64,000 nt of DNA. Source: the human T2T-CHM13v2.0 reference genome, Homo sapiens. The DNA is taken from positions 8,768,001-8,832,000 of the forward strand of contig CP068257.2 in the NCBI GenBank assembly GCA_009914755.4, read 5' to 3'. Shown in pieces: positions 62,921 to 64,000 of the stretch (positions are counted from its first letter, which is position 1; every line of letters begins with the position of its first letter). The translations under genes were made by a program, and so were the position numbers. The notes beneath the pieces are model-generated. The model was given only the letters and a program-made list of their open reading frames with translations. It searched no databases and had not been told where the DNA came from.

Positions 62921-64000
62921 ACCTTAAGTTTTAGGGTACATGTGCACAATGTGCAGGTTAGTTACATATGTATACATGTGCCATGCTGGTGTGCTGCACC
63001 CATAAACTCGTCATTTAGCATGATATATGTCTCCTAAAGCTATCTCTACCCCCTCCCCCCACCTCACAACAGTTCCTAGAGTGTGATGTTCCCCTTCCTG
63101 TGTCCATGTGTTCTCATTGTTCAATTCCCACCTAAGAGTGAGAATATACAGTGTTTGGTTTTTTGTTCTTCTGATAGTTTACTGAGAATGATGATTTCCA
63201 ATTTCATCCATGTCACTACAAAGGACATGAACTCATCATTTTTTATGGCTGCTTATTATTCCATGGTGTATATGTGCCGCATTTTCTTAATCCAGTCTAT
63301 TATTTTTGGACATTTGAGTTGGTTCCAAGTCTTTGCTATTGTGAATAGTGCCACAATAAACATACGTGTGCATGTGTCTTTATAGCAGCATGATTTATAG
63401 TCCTTTCGGTATATACCCAGTAATGGGATGGCTGGATCAAATGGTATTTGTAGTTTTAGATCCCTGAGGAATTGCCACACTGACTTCCACAATGGTTGAA
63501 CTAGTTTACAGTCCCACCAGCATTGTAAATGTGTTCCTGTTTCTCCACATGCTCTCCAGCACCTGTTGTTTCCTGACTTTTTAATGATTGCCATTCTAAC
63601 TGGTGTGAGATGGTATCGCATTGCAGTTTTGATTTGCATTTCTCTGATGGCCAGTGATGGTGAGCATTTTTTCATGTGTTTTTTGGCTGCATAAATGTCT
63701 TCTTTTGAGAAGTGTCTGTTCATGTCCTTCGCCCACTTTTTGATGGGGTTGTTTGTTTTTTTCCTGTAAATTTGTTTGAGTTTATTGTAGATTCTGGATA
63801 TTAGCCCTCTGTCAGATGAGTAGGTTGTGAAAATTTTCTCCCATTTTGTAGGCTGCCTGTTCACCCTGAAGGTAGTTTCTTTTGCTGTGCAGAAGCTCTG
63901 GTTTAATTAGATCCCATATGTCAATTTTGGCTTGTGTTTCCTTTGCTTTTGGTGTTTTAGACATGAAGTCTTTCCTATGATTATGTCCTGAATGGTAAAG
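62890..64000 (-). mobile_element. L1 3' end (runs to the window edge), preceded by a (TTA)n tail-derived tract at 62893-62922
   Basis: Reverse complement of the L1 3'UTR/ORF2: ccttaagttttagggtacatgtgcacaatgtgcaggttagttacatatgtatacatgtgcc.... Minus-strand ORF 63256-63864 gives the ORF2 C-terminus. Confidence 0.9.

Overview
This window is human (primate) nuclear DNA, not a microbial locus, and I find no defence-island-like or otherwise novel biological system in it. It is a repeat-dense, pericentromeric or acrocentric-short-arm-like region with three parts, plus a short spacer.

Part 1 (about 1-23.4 kb) resembles the rDNA intergenic spacer (IGS). It carries more than 20 Alu elements and fragments and many microsatellites, including (TTTC)n, (CT)n(CA)n, (AAAT)n, (CTG)n and (GGCA)n. 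It also has three long CT-rich (TCTC/TGTC)n 'butterfly-like' blocks alternating with Alus, a CpG-island-like segment, and a 3'-truncated CDC27 processed pseudogene on the minus strand. The CDC27 pseudogene is a hallmark of the human rDNA intergenic spacer.

Part 2 (about 23.4-29.3 kb) is a truncated, heavily CpG-decayed copy of the rRNA transcription unit. It contains the 3' portion of the 5'ETS, an 18S pseudogene that keeps the canonical 1869-nt length, ITS1, a 5.8S pseudogene and ITS2. It has no promoter, lacks the first ~1.3 kb of the ETS, and has no 28S.

Part 3 is a 1.9 kb AT-rich unique spacer followed by about 33 kb of diverged monomeric 171-bp alpha satellite (31.2-64 kb). I saw no intact CENP-B boxes in it. 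It is interrupted by four 5'-truncated L1 insertions, all on the minus strand, one of which has a 5' inversion architecture. The satellite orientation switches head-to-head at about 52.59 kb.

No functional protein-coding gene can be supported. Nearly all ORFs in the supplied track are translations of low-complexity repeats, GC-rich rDNA, alpha satellite or L1 ORF2 remnants. The noteworthy items are structural: the rDNA/alpha-satellite junction, the satellite inversion, L1 target-site reuse, a candidate CpG island and a possible terminal exon at the window start.
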